Assembly: GCA_016210045.1 (NCBI GenBank)
Contig: JACQUX010000009.1
Location: forward strand, 65,730-129,729
Source of the DNA: Deltaproteobacteria bacterium
Lineage (GTDB): Bacteria; UBA10199; GCA-002796325; JACPFF01
DNA: 64,000 bases
Direction: 5' to 3'
This document shows positions 37,504-47,648 of the stretch, one piece after another (the stretch's first letter is position 1; each line of letters begins with the position of its first letter). The notes beneath the pieces were generated by a model. The model saw only the letters and a program-made list of their open reading frames with translations. It did not search any database and was not told where the DNA came from. Made by a program: the position numbers and the translations under genes.

Positions 37504-38670
37504 TCAATCCGGCGCGGCAGTGGCGAGGGCGAGCAGGCGCGGCAGTGACATCGCGGCGCGCGCCGTGCAAGGGCTCAGCGAGAGGGCGGTTGCGGCGAGT
37601 CGGTGAATGAAGGCGGTCGAGCCGTCGGTGTCACGATTGTAATGCGCGAGTGTCTGTTCGTAAGCCAGCGCGAGCAAAGGATGCTCGGGATGTGCGCGGT
37701 GGGCGGCGTAGCTGTGCTCGAGCGCTTGTGAGTCGTGTTCATCCAGCATCAGCGCCAATGTGTACTCGATGTCGCCGAGCGGGGCGGGGCGGCACGGTCG
37801 GGCCAAGTCGAAGTACGTGGATGGCTGGCCGAGCGACCATGTGTTGGCGACGGCGAACATCGCGCCGGTGTCCAGATCGTTGTCGGCCAGCGGCGCGGTC
37901 ATCGGATAGAGGGCAAAAAAGACGTTCAGTGCGGACGGCATCGCGATGCCGCGGAATGGCCATTGGATCAACGCGGCGACCATGCCGATTCGTGCGACGT
38001 TGCGGGCGAGCGCGGCGGTCTGCGGAGTCCAGGGCACGGTGAGCGCGCTCCACGGCTCCGCGTATTGGTGCACGATATGCGTGAGCAAATAATCTTGCAG
38101 CAACGCATCCATCGGCGATTGTTGATGGACCCGCCGTTCCGTCCCGCAGGCCAAACGCGCCGCGTTTCGCACGATATGGCGGCACGTACTGGCTTCCGCA
38201 AAAGAAGGGGTGAGAATACGGGTGAGGAGATAAAGCCCTCCCGCTACTAAGACGTAATCGGCCGGTTCGAGTCGCGAGACGCCTGTGTTGTCAGCGAGGA
38301 GTCCGAAGGCCCACAACGTCTTTCGCAGATGGCGCGCCTGTAATACTGACGAGTCGCCGTCGCGCACGGCGAGGTGGGCGATGGCCAGCGAGTTGCATGC
38401 GGTGCGAAGCCGCATCGGGGTTTCGGGCCGTCGCCCAACGATCTCCAACTTATGCAGGAGATTGAGTTCCCAATCGGCTAATGGCACGCTGCCGTGATCC
38501 GGTGGACTCCCCGGCGGAGCCGCGCCGCGACCTGCGGGCGACGACGCCCCGCCTCGGCCGGATTTGTTGGACGCGCGGTCGCCGCAGACCAGTCGGTGCC
38601 CCGGTGCGTGTGGGGTCCCCGGAAGAACGCAATGCGGAGGGCGAGCGCCGCTGGTGATGAATCGCGCCAT
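37504..38670 (-). CDS. Hypothetical protein (start uncertain; possibly internal at 38415)
   Basis: ORF only; the N-terminal 85 aa is Pro/Gly/Arg-rich and may be untranslated. Confidence 0.35.
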   Translation of the reverse strand: MARFITSGARPPHCVLPGTPHAPGHRLVCGDRASNKSGRGGASSPAGRGAAPPGSPPDHGSVPLADWELNLLHKLEIVGRRPETPMRLRTACNSLAIAHLAVRDGDSSVLQARHLRKTLWAFGLLADNTGVSRLEPADYVLVAGGLYLLTRILTPSFAEASTCRHIVRNAARLACGTERRVHQQSPMDALLQDYLLTHIVHQYAEPWSALTVPWTPQTAALARNVARIGMVAALIQWPFRGIAMPSALNVFFALYPMTAPLADNDLDTGAMFAVANTWSLGQPSTYFDLARPCRPAPLGDIEYTLALMLDEHDSQALEHSYAAHRAHPEHPLLALAYEQTLAHYNRDTDGSTAFIHRLAATALSLSPCTARAAMSLPRLLALATAAPD

Positions 38671-38772
38671 GGTCGGGTCGGTTGCTCCTTACATCACTTG
38701 TCGGCCGGCGGCGGAAAAAAGTTGCGTGTCTCAACGTGTGGACAAAGCCAAGCCCCCCAAATACATCCGAAT

Positions 38773-38827
38773 GGGGACAGGTACCTTCGAAGGTGCGCCA
38801 AATGGGCATCGCATGGTACCTGTCCCC
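38773..38827. repeat. REP hairpin copy 4, inside the conserved leader of giant paralog A
   Basis: GGGGACAGGTACC...GGTACCTGTCCCC seen directly. Confidence 0.85.
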
Positions 38828-38904
38828 ACTGGGATGCAGTTGGGGGCGCAACTTTCTACGCGCGCTGCCGATGAACGGAGGCGAAGGGGTCCAAGGGAAC
38901 GAGC

Positions 38905-41613
38905 ATGCGGCGAGTGGGTTCACATGGGTTGGGAGTGCATCCGCGTATGGCAGCGCGACCGGGTGCGGTGCGGCAGGCGGACGCGGTGTATGACCACGCG
39001 CTGCGGACTGGGGGCACGGTCACGGAGGCGTGGCGCGCGGTGCGGGAGGGGCAGCATCAGATCTGCTTCGTCACTGCGGGGGATGACCCCGAGGCGGACG
39101 TCGCGGCAATGGCCACAGCGGGCACGAGTGCCGCACCGCTCACGTGGCCGCATCTCCTCGATGCGAGCGGGATTGGGAATGCGTTGGCCCAGTTAGCAGG
39201 GCGAGATGCGCAATCGGTGCAGCAATCGGTGCGTTTGGACTTGCGTCCGAAGCAAGACACTGCGGCCGTGTTGCGTGCGTTCCAGGTCGCCGCGACGACC
39301 AGTGCCAAAGTGGGGGATACGCGCGGAGCATGGCAGGCGGTCGTGGAATTGTACGATCATCAGCATACGCTGCTCGTGCGTTACGTCCCGGCAGCGGTGG
39401 ACCAACCGCCCCGCTTCGAATTCCCGTTGACCGCGACGACGCAGCTGGGAAAGGCGCTCCGCGACTTCGTGCGCGGACGGGCGGAGCCACTCGGCGCTGC
39501 ATACAGCGCGGAACGGATCGAGATCCTGTTGGCGGTCGAGTGCAGCGCGTTGCGCGAGCATGCGCGCCAGCAACTGCAGGAGGCCGCAACAGCAGTACTC
39601 GAACAATGCTGCGCCGCCGGATGTCAGAATGTTGTGATTCGAGACGCGACTGCAACGATGACTGCGTTGCGCGATGGTAGAATGGTTGGGCCGAGCGGAG
39701 CCCCTGTGGTTGTAGAGACGGCAGTATCTGCTGTTCCCCCGCCGACCACACCATCTGCCTCGCCGGCCTCGCTCGACCGTCAACGGATGGAAATCGCGCG
39801 TCTGCTCGATGCAAACGATCCGCCGTGGCCTGTGCCGACTCGTTTGCCCGTGCCGCTCACAGCGCGGGAACGGTGGCTCGCATACGGCGAGCCGGAGGAG
39901 TTTACCGTACCGCAAGCAGCCACGAGCGTGGCCGCAGTGGTGGGCACGATAACGGCTCGCGCGCGTACTGCCACGCGTCCGTTGAAGATCGTTTTCCCTT
40001 GTGTGTCGACGCAGGCGCTCCAGATATTATTATTAGTCAAAAGTCCGGTGCCGATCCTGATCCAGGACGGATCGAAAGTCGAGTATTGCCGATATCCGGA
40101 TCGGGGCGATGTCTTGGGCGGCATCGACGTGGCCGATATTGGAGAACATCTCCACCTGACCATTTTGGCAATCGAGGCGTTGGCTACTACAAAAACAGCT
40201 GAACTGTTGCAACTGTTCCCGCTCTCGATTACGCTGACCCCGTCGCTGCTCGCGCCGACCCGCGCGCAACAGGAGTGGGCCGAGGCGATGGTCGCACGAC
40301 TGGCGTTGGCTGGCTGGGGTCGAGTCGTGGTGCGGACGGACGCCGGCCAGGTGCTGGCGGCCGGGTATCACCCCATCGCAATGCCCGCCGCCTTCTGGCC
40401 CGAGCCTCTCTTTCAACGGGTCGACCCGGTCGATCCTGTCGTGGATGCAGGTGACGCGATCTTGGTTGACGGCGAGCGGATCGGGATCGAGGCGCTGCGT
40501 CGTCTGGTCGCTGCGCCGGCACGACCGATTGAGGTCTATTACACAGACCCTGAATTCCCTTCCGAAGTCGCAGCCATGTTCCCGGAATTGGAAGCGGCGC
40601 TGAGTGACGATGGGGATGTGTTGGTCAGCTTTTCTACCCCAGTGCGCCAAGTGGCCTTCGGGCGCTCGGCGATTATTCAACGCTACGCGACGCTGGCATG
40701 GGTGGTGCTGGATGCCGTCGGCGTGAAACTCAGTGCGCCCGAGGCGGTGCGTGTGGCGGAGTCGTGTCTCACGAATTTCGGGATCGAATCGTTGTCGGCA
40801 CGTGGGCGGGAACTCTACTTCCAAGGTGTGCGGGGTTCCGTGGCGCAGCTGCAACAACAGCGACGGGACTTTGGTTTTGCCGTTCCATCCTTTGCGGCGC
40901 TGGCCGGGGCGCTGCGCGAGGCCTATTACGCGCTTCGTTTCGGAGATGGCCGGAGCGCACGCGAACTTTCCGTAACCCTCGATTTGACGGCCGTGTCGTA
41001 TGGCTTGTTCCCGCATGTGCATCACAACGATCCGGACAAGCGCTTTCCCGCGTTTGAGCGGGCGTTGTCGAACCCACAGCCCAGCGCGGTTCCGCCAGTA
41101 GGGTTGCTCTCGTTGTTGGAACAATTCCCGCGACTCCTGCAACTGGCCGCGCGAACGTTGCAAGGCACGTGGCAGCTGCTGTTGCAGGAGGCGATTGTCG
41201 ATCCGCCGAAATACGTCCGCCGCTTTGCGGGGAGGGTCTCGCGGCGCGGGACGATCGCGCTCGACAACCCGAGTGCGGCCGACGAGGCGATCCGCATCGC
41301 GCTGCTGGCACTCGCACTGCAAGAAATTCCAAACGCCACTGCACGGCAAGTCGCGCGGGCGTATCGCGCGGTGAGCGTAATCGCAGTGCCGCAGCAGAGC
41401 ACACCCGCCGAGTTGGCCCGACCGCTCCGCGCGGCGCATCATCCGTGGCACGCGGCGTGGGCAGTGGCGCGCGCGGTGTTGACCGAACCTTCGTCATCGG
41501 GCGCCAGAGGGCTTTATCTTAGTGGAGTGCTGATCCGCGCCGATCTCGATCCAGTCACCGCCGCGTTACTGGACCAACTGCTCCCGCCGCCTGCTCTACG
41601 GCGCAAGGGGTAG
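38905..41613 (+). CDS. Giant modular protein paralog A (902 aa), uncharacterised family
   Basis: N-terminal 300 aa is about 75% identical to paralog B; shares repeated modules (xxLxxAGWxxVVVRTDAGQVLAA and PxRQVAFG) with the 1695- and 3114-aa ORFs. Confidence 0.6.
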   Translation: MRRVGSHGLGVHPRMAARPGAVRQADAVYDHALRTGGTVTEAWRAVREGQHQICFVTAGDDPEADVAAMATAGTSAAPLTWPHLLDASGIGNALAQLAGRDAQSVQQSVRLDLRPKQDTAAVLRAFQVAATTSAKVGDTRGAWQAVVELYDHQHTLLVRYVPAAVDQPPRFEFPLTATTQLGKALRDFVRGRAEPLGAAYSAERIEILLAVECSALREHARQQLQEAATAVLEQCCAAGCQNVVIRDATATMTALRDGRMVGPSGAPVVVETAVSAVPPPTTPSASPASLDRQRMEIARLLDANDPPWPVPTRLPVPLTARERWLAYGEPEEFTVPQAATSVAAVVGTITARARTATRPLKIVFPCVSTQALQILLLVKSPVPILIQDGSKVEYCRYPDRGDVLGGIDVADIGEHLHLTILAIEALATTKTAELLQLFPLSITLTPSLLAPTRAQQEWAEAMVARLALAGWGRVVVRTDAGQVLAAGYHPIAMPAAFWPEPLFQRVDPVDPVVDAGDAILVDGERIGIEALRRLVAAPARPIEVYYTDPEFPSEVAAMFPELEAALSDDGDVLVSFSTPVRQVAFGRSAIIQRYATLAWVVLDAVGVKLSAPEAVRVAESCLTNFGIESLSARGRELYFQGVRGSVAQLQQQRRDFGFAVPSFAALAGALREAYYALRFGDGRSARELSVTLDLTAVSYGLFPHVHHNDPDKRFPAFERALSNPQPSAVPPVGLLSLLEQFPRLLQLAARTLQGTWQLLLQEAIVDPPKYVRRFAGRVSRRGTIALDNPSAADEAIRIALLALALQEIPNATARQVARAYRAVSVIAVPQQSTPAELARPLRAAHHPWHAAWAVARAVLTEPSSSGARGLYLSGVLIRADLDPVTAALLDQLLPPPALRRKG

Positions 41614-41639
41614 TGTCTTCATTGATCACGGCGCACTAT

Positions 41640-41917
41640 TTACAACGACTTCAGATAGCGTCGTACGTCGTCGTGATTGCCAATGCGGTGGAGCACGGCA
41701 GTTTTGTCGTCGAGTAGTAAGATCAGCCGCAAATCGCGGCCGCAGCGGGCCTCGAAGATGCCGCTGGGTGCAATTTGCGCAATCCGAGCCCCGCGTGTTG
41801 ATGCGGCTGGCCGAAGGCGGCCGGCAGCAGCAGAATGGCGTCAAAGAGCTGTTGTCGTTGGTTCGCAGAGAGTTGGCGAACGTCTCGTTGGAATGATTCG
41901 GTGAACAGGATTTGCAT
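41640..41917 (-). pseudogene. RelE/ParE-family toxin disrupted by a single frameshift near 41745
   Basis: N-terminal MQILFTESFQRDVRQLSANQRQQLFDAIL...GLGLRKL in one frame; C-terminal GIFEARCGRDLRLILLLDDKTAVLHRIGNHDDVRRYL in the -1 frame. Confidence 0.6.
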
Positions 41918-41928
41918 ATAGAGAACGG

Positions 41929-42264
41929 CTAGCGGATTTTTTGAAGTGCGGCCGCGGCGGCCTTTGCCGAGCGGAAGGCCTTTTTGGGACCGGCCGCAGC
42001 CTCGGTCCAGAGTCGTTTGGCCTGTCCGTCGGTTAGTGCGGGCGCAACATCGAGATCTGCCTCCGTGAGCGGGCGGATCGTCGCGACGATTTTGGAATGG
42101 CGCAACAAGACGACATCTTCTCCGGCGATCGCCGCGTCGACCAACTGATTCAACTTCGCCTTGGCCTCTTGGAGCGCAGTGAAGTACTGGAGATTGGCGA
42201 CAAAGCCAGCGGCGAAGGTCGCCGCAGACTTGTATATGGTCGAAATTGTTGAATGAAATGTCAT
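41929..42264 (-). CDS. Phd/YefM-family antitoxin
   Basis: ...LNQLVDAAIAGEDVVLLRHSKIVATIRPL; immediately upstream of the RelE-like remnant. Confidence 0.65.
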   Translation of the reverse strand: MTFHSTISTIYKSAATFAAGFVANLQYFTALQEAKAKLNQLVDAAIAGEDVVLLRHSKIVATIRPLTEADLDVAPALTDGQAKRLWTEAAAGPKKAFRSAKAAAAALQKIR

Positions 42265-42337
42265 AGGCGGTCAATTGAAAGTTTGATTTTTAATTGTCAC
42301 AGTGTGACGCCCAGTCCATCTCCTCAACTCCATCCTA

Positions 42338-42394
42338 GGGGGACAGGTACCGTCAAATGTGCGCCAAATGGGCATCGCATGGTACCTGTCCCCC
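42338..42394. repeat. REP hairpin copy 5, inside the conserved leader of giant paralog B
   Basis: CCTAGGGGGACAGGTACC...GGTACCTGTCCCCCTAGG seen directly. Confidence 0.85.
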
Positions 42395-42468
42395 TAGGAT
42401 GTACTGGGAACGCAACTTTTGGCGGGTGTGGCCGATGAAGAGAGGCGAAGGGATCTCAGGGAACGAGC

Positions 42469-45400
42469 ATGCGACGCGTCGGTTCACATGGTTTGGGAGT
42501 GCATTCGCGTGTGGGAGCGCGTCCGGGCGCGGTGCGGCATGCGGATGCGGTGTATGACCACGCGCTGCGGACTGGCGGCACGGTCGCCGATGCGTGGCGC
42601 GCAGTGCGGGAGGGGCAGCATCGGATCTGCTTCGTCACTGCGGCGGGGGAGGACCCCGGGGCGGAGGCCGCTGCGCTGGCCTCTGCGGGCAGGGTCTCGG
42701 CGCCCCTCACGTGGTCGGAGTCGCTCGGCGCAACGGGGATTGGCAATGCACTGATCCAGCTCGCCGCGCGTGAACCCGATGCGGCGCAACGGCCGGTACG
42801 GCTCACGTTGCGACCGAATCCCGGCGACGTAGTGCCGGCATTTTTCCAAGCCGTGACGACGAGCGCCAAACTCGGTGACACGCGCGGGGTGTGGCAAGCG
42901 GTCGTGGAGCTGTACGATCATCAGCGTGCATTAGTGGTTCGCTACGGTCCGGCCGTTGCGGATCAACCGCGCCGCTTTGAATTCCCGCTGACCGCGACGA
43001 CGCAAGTGGCGAAGGCCTTGCGCGACTTGGTGCGCAATCGGGTGGTGCCGCTCGGCGCCGCATACGGCGCGGAACGGGTCGAGATCCATTTGGCAGTGAC
43101 GCTCGACGCGTTGCGCGAACATTCGCGGAAACAATTGACAACTGCGGCGACCGAGGCGCTCGAACGATGTCGCGCTGCCGGATGGCGCGAGGTCGTGATC
43201 CGGACGCTGCAGGAAGTCGTCGCGGCGTTACAACAGGGTGTCGTGGTTGCGAACACGGGACGTGCGCCGCATCCGAGCGGCACGGCCGTTGGGCAGGTCG
43301 ACGCTCCGGCGTCGATGCATGCGATAGTCGCGTTGATGAATCGAGCAGAGCTCGATCCCTGCTCCCTCCCGCTCCTGCCGCGTTGGGCTGTGGCACTGCC
43401 CATGGAGGGCTTCGCCCCGCCGCTGCCGGTGGAGACTCGCATCCCACGAGGCCCTTCACTGACGGCAACGGATGTGGCGCGCGAGTTGTTATCGGCCACG
43501 CCAGCCGGGGAGGGATGGACGGCTGCGCTGCTCCAGTCGACACTGCAGCAGCAGGCGCGGGATCGGCGTCGTGTCTATGCGCTGCTGCGGCCCTTCGCCG
43601 TGCCTCCGTTGCAGTTACTGGCCACGGTGGAGAGCGATGCCTCGTTCTGGTTGCTGGCGACGGACGGGATGTATCTGCGACATGTCGATGCGGCCGGACA
43701 GTTACGAGGCTATCAATATTGCACCGACGCCGACCGGGCCGCGCTCGTCGTGGAGGAATTATTGGCGATGGCTGCAGCGCCGGAATTTGAGTGTTTGCGA
43801 CAGACCCCGTTCGAATTGCAAATTGCGACCCGCGGCGTCCCCGCCGATCGGCACCTACAGCAGTGGGCGCAGTCTGTGGCCGCGTGGCTCCGCGACGCGG
43901 GCTACGAGCACGTCATCATCACGGCAGAACGAGGCCCGATTTTGGCCGCGACCGATATGCGGTTCGCAGAGGCCGCGACCGATGAGCCCGCCCTCTTGGC
44001 ATCGCCGCCGACCGATGCCGTGGAACTCGTGATGCCATCGGCCGCTGCCGCCGTGCGCGAGGCATGGGACGCGCTCCCGACGCGTCTGCCGCCGGCCGGG
44101 GCGTGCGTGATCGACGGTAGTGCGGATACCGCAGCCATGGTCTCGTTTTGGCTATTCGTACACGGGCTTTGGAGCGCCGCGAATCCGCGCCGTGGAGACG
44201 TGTTCTTGCGAGTCAACGGCCGCATCGTGGCGCACGCATTGTTCGATACGGCGAGCGGCGCGCCGTTGGGGCTGGAGATCGACGGCGCTGCCGTCACGGT
44301 AGCACAACTTCGTACGGTGTTGATCACTGACGAGGAGTTAGAGGGCGGGAAATCCCGATTGATCTTTGCCCCGCTTTTTGCGCCGGTCGAGATTCGCTAT
44401 CGCACGCCGACGCTTCCGGCCGGTGTGGCAGCCCTCTTCCCGTTGTTGGAGGAGAGCTATCATGACATGGGGTTTGCGGCGCTCGTCTTTTCCACGCCGC
44501 TGCGCCAATTCGAATTCGGCACCGCGGCCAGTATCGGACGATGGACGCATTGGCTGACCACAATGGCGGCGGCCTTCGATATCCCACTCCAACCCAACGA
44601 AGCGCGCAGCGTGGCCGAATATTTTTTGTGGCCGTTTGGCATCAAGCCGCTACTCCCGGCCGTCGCAACCATGCTCGGCGCGGATCGGGGTCGGATTTCT
44701 CGAAATGCGGAAGGCTATGGCACTCCACTGCCCGGCAGCGTCGTGGAGAGCTGCCGGCGGGCATTGGCGGAGCTGCGGCTGCTCCAAGTCGCGGCGCGGA
44801 GGCAAATTCGCGTCGTGTCGCTGGGTGGCACGGACTTGCCCGGATGGGTCGCGCAGCAAATAAAAACTGCGGAGGCGTTCGATGCCGCGCTCATGACGGC
44901 TCCTGACGACCCACGCAAATTGCCGTTTCTGCTGCTCTGGACGTTGGGCTTGATCCCCGATTCCCGATTTAGTCGACTCAGCCCGTTATTGCAAACGGTC
45001 TGGGATGCTGTGGTCAAGGGCATGGCTGATCCACGGTCGTATCTCCGCCTCTTTACCTTGATTTGGATGGTGAACACGGGAAGCGGGAAGGCAAAGGCCA
45101 AAGGTCGAAGACGGCTCGACCTGCCCGAGGCCGGACGCGTCGAGGTCATTCGCTTGCAACTGATCGCACTGGTGTTGGAGCTGGCGGACCGCGCCGTGGC
45201 CCCGGAGATCATCCGAGGACTGTATCAATCGATTCATCTGTTGCCGGTGCCGCTCGAGCTGGATAGTACGGCACCTCGTTATCCGCTCGCGTCCTCCCAG
45301 CACCCGTATGGAGAGCTCTTTACCACGCTGCAGCAAATGCTGCCGCGACTCGAACTCGCTGCGCAAGTCGCAGCGACCGTTGACACCGAGACCTTGTTGG

Positions 45401-47556
45401 CCGAGACTGATCAGCCCGCGTTGCCGGTCACGACGGCGTTGTCACTGCTTCCTACGATGGCTGCGCAGTTGTTGCACGCAGGTCTGGCGACGCCGGTCGA
45501 TGTCGGCGTCAATCGGACGCCGCTGAGCGATCGGGCCTGGCGCGCGACGGCTGCGCGCGTGCAACAGCGCTTGCGGGTCTTGGTTCCACCGACGGGCAAC
45601 GGCGCGGTCGTTACGCTGCCGTGTGCCTCGCGACAATTGTTCGCCGTGCTGGACGGACTCGATGTTTCGTACCCGCTCCTGTTGCAGATGCCAGGTGCGA
45701 TGTCGCTCCATCGTGCGGTCGATCCGGCCGGGCGGGTCAGCGGTCTCGAGTTCGTCTGCGCACTGGACGCCATCGGCATCGTGGCTCGCATGTTACTCGA
45801 ACACGCCGATATGGCGGTGCAAACGGGAGTGGCCCTGCGCGGCGTTCCAATCACGCTGACGCTGAGCACGACCCGCACGCGCCTGTCCCGTGCGCTGCAG
45901 CGGCGCATGGAAGCGGGACTGCGGCAATTACGGGACTTAGGCTTCCCGCATGTCGTCGTGCGGACCAGGGACGGCAATGTGCTTGCGGCCACGGATGCGT
46001 TGCCGGCGCCGGATGCCGTAGATGCAGAGCCGGCGGCCCATGCCCCGCCCGCCGAGCTGATTGGGATCGCGGCGGAAGGGCGCGCAGTGATTGCCGGACG
46101 TACTATGGTCACGACGTCGTTGGAACCGATCGAGGCCTGGCGCCGCGGGGACTGCGAGGCGGTGTTGTTGGACTGTACGACGGAACATGGGGCCCTCAGC
46201 GTACTCGAAGATCTGTTTGGCCAATACGAGTACCACTCCGAGCCGGTCGGTACCCCGCGCGGCGACGCCTTTATTCGCGTGGCGGGCCAGATTGTGGCCC
46301 ATGTGTCCGTGGATCCGCAACGGCGGGCGGTGCTGCGTGTGTGGTTAAATGGTGCCGTGATCGACGCGACGCGGTTGGTGTGGTGGGTTTTGCCACCCGC
46401 TGAGCAAGACAACGTGGGCGGCACAAGCCGCGGAGAAAAAATATATGCCGCCTATCCCGTGGAGATCCACATTCCGACATTGCAATTGCCGTCGCTCGTC
46501 GCAGAGGCGCTCCCTGCGTTCGAACAAGAATTTCGCGACCGACTGATTCCTGGGATCGTATTACGCACGCCGCTGGAAGAATTTGCGTTTGGGCATGCGG
46601 CCACGTTGGCCCGCTGGGCCTCGATATTCGTGGCCACGGCGGAGCCGCTGCAGATGGAATTTGACGGGGCTCTCACTCGAGACCTGTGCGTCGCGGATTG
46701 GCTGGCGCTCTACGGTGTTGGGGTATCGGGTTCTGGAGAGCTGCCATCGGCCGGGACCGATCGAGAGACGCTCCTGTATCGCCGCCACGAGCGGGGCTAT
46801 GCCCTCCCGCGGCCGGAGTTGGTCACCGATCCGCTGATAGCTTGGATTTGGGCCGAGAGTCTGCAGGGGTGGCTGCAGCGGATCGGGACGCCGGTGACGA
46901 CGGCGTCATTAGTCGATCTCGCAAGGCTGGGCGGTATCCTGACGGCCGCACAGGGGCGCAGGCGTGAAACGCCGACGCCCGAGACCGTGCGGCGCGAGCT
47001 CCCGGCGCCGCAAGCGGGCCCGGTGCCGCCACTCGGGCTGCTGCTCACGCAGGCCGGAATCGAACGGCTGCCCGCCCCGGACCCCGACCTCTTCCTGGCC
47101 GTCTGGGACGCGATGCGCGTGGGGCACCTCGACCAGCGCACGTGGGCTGCACAGTTCGTGGTCGAAGACCTCCAACAACTCACGTTCTCCGAGGCCGCAC
47201 GGCAGACCGCGCTGCGGATGCGGCTGCTCTGCTTTGTCGTGGAACATGACCAGCTGGACGAGCCGCCAGCGGAACTGCTGCGCCGTCTGTATGGCGCGAT
47301 CGCCACGCTCCCGCTCCCGGTCCGCGTGGAGGCGGGTACGATGCGTCGCCCGATGACAGACCCCGAGCATCCGTACTACGCCCCGGTCCATGCGATGCGC
47401 ACGCTGATCGCGGCATGGCGTGCGGAAGCGGCACAAGCCGCACCCGCCGCTGTGTCTCCACCGGCCGTACGCCTGTCATTGGGTGGTCTGTTGATCTGGT
47501 CGGACCTGGATCTGGAAGCGGAAGTGGTGGAGCGATTACTGCGGGAACGGGAGTGA
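42469..47556 (+). CDS. Giant modular protein paralog B (1695 aa) with internal module duplications
   Basis: Shares its N-terminus with paralog A; contains three LRDAGY-x-VVVRT-x-G-x-VLAA modules and two RQFEFG/EEFAFG modules. Confidence 0.6.
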   Translation: MRRVGSHGLGVHSRVGARPGAVRHADAVYDHALRTGGTVADAWRAVREGQHRICFVTAAGEDPGAEAAALASAGRVSAPLTWSESLGATGIGNALIQLAAREPDAAQRPVRLTLRPNPGDVVPAFFQAVTTSAKLGDTRGVWQAVVELYDHQRALVVRYGPAVADQPRRFEFPLTATTQVAKALRDLVRNRVVPLGAAYGAERVEIHLAVTLDALREHSRKQLTTAATEALERCRAAGWREVVIRTLQEVVAALQQGVVVANTGRAPHPSGTAVGQVDAPASMHAIVALMNRAELDPCSLPLLPRWAVALPMEGFAPPLPVETRIPRGPSLTATDVARELLSATPAGEGWTAALLQSTLQQQARDRRRVYALLRPFAVPPLQLLATVESDASFWLLATDGMYLRHVDAAGQLRGYQYCTDADRAALVVEELLAMAAAPEFECLRQTPFELQIATRGVPADRHLQQWAQSVAAWLRDAGYEHVIITAERGPILAATDMRFAEAATDEPALLASPPTDAVELVMPSAAAAVREAWDALPTRLPPAGACVIDGSADTAAMVSFWLFVHGLWSAANPRRGDVFLRVNGRIVAHALFDTASGAPLGLEIDGAAVTVAQLRTVLITDEELEGGKSRLIFAPLFAPVEIRYRTPTLPAGVAALFPLLEESYHDMGFAALVFSTPLRQFEFGTAASIGRWTHWLTTMAAAFDIPLQPNEARSVAEYFLWPFGIKPLLPAVATMLGADRGRISRNAEGYGTPLPGSVVESCRRALAELRLLQVAARRQIRVVSLGGTDLPGWVAQQIKTAEAFDAALMTAPDDPRKLPFLLLWTLGLIPDSRFSRLSPLLQTVWDAVVKGMADPRSYLRLFTLIWMVNTGSGKAKAKGRRRLDLPEAGRVEVIRLQLIALVLELADRAVAPEIIRGLYQSIHLLPVPLELDSTAPRYPLASSQHPYGELFTTLQQMLPRLELAAQVAATVDTETLLAETDQPALPVTTALSLLPTMAAQLLHAGLATPVDVGVNRTPLSDRAWRATAARVQQRLRVLVPPTGNGAVVTLPCASRQLFAVLDGLDVSYPLLLQMPGAMSLHRAVDPAGRVSGLEFVCALDAIGIVARMLLEHADMAVQTGVALRGVPITLTLSTTRTRLSRALQRRMEAGLRQLRDLGFPHVVVRTRDGNVLAATDALPAPDAVDAEPAAHAPPAELIGIAAEGRAVIAGRTMVTTSLEPIEAWRRGDCEAVLLDCTTEHGALSVLEDLFGQYEYHSEPVGTPRGDAFIRVAGQIVAHVSVDPQRRAVLRVWLNGAVIDATRLVWWVLPPAEQDNVGGTSRGEKIYAAYPVEIHIPTLQLPSLVAEALPAFEQEFRDRLIPGIVLRTPLEEFAFGHAATLARWASIFVATAEPLQMEFDGALTRDLCVADWLALYGVGVSGSGELPSAGTDRETLLYRRHERGYALPRPELVTDPLIAWIWAESLQGWLQRIGTPVTTASLVDLARLGGILTAAQGRRRETPTPETVRRELPAPQAGPVPPLGLLLTQAGIERLPAPDPDLFLAVWDAMRVGHLDQRTWAAQFVVEDLQQLTFSEAARQTALRMRLLCFVVEHDQLDEPPAELLRRLYGAIATLPLPVRVEAGTMRRPMTDPEHPYYAPVHAMRTLIAAWRAEAAQAAPAAVSPPAVRLSLGGLLIWSDLDLEAEVVERLLRERE

Positions 47557-47648
47557 GTGATGATTGCTGACCGACATTGCCAAAACGACATCCGATGTCA
47601 AATTGGGAAAGGCTTGTCTAAAATAACATCCGATGCTATTTTGAGCAT

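Noticed and set aside
41723-42274. 183-aa - strand ORF spanning the antitoxin region in another frame
   Set aside because: Its C-terminal 65 aa is the N-terminal half of the frameshifted RelE-like toxin; the upstream 118 aa overlaps the Phd/YefM gene out of frame and is a shadow.
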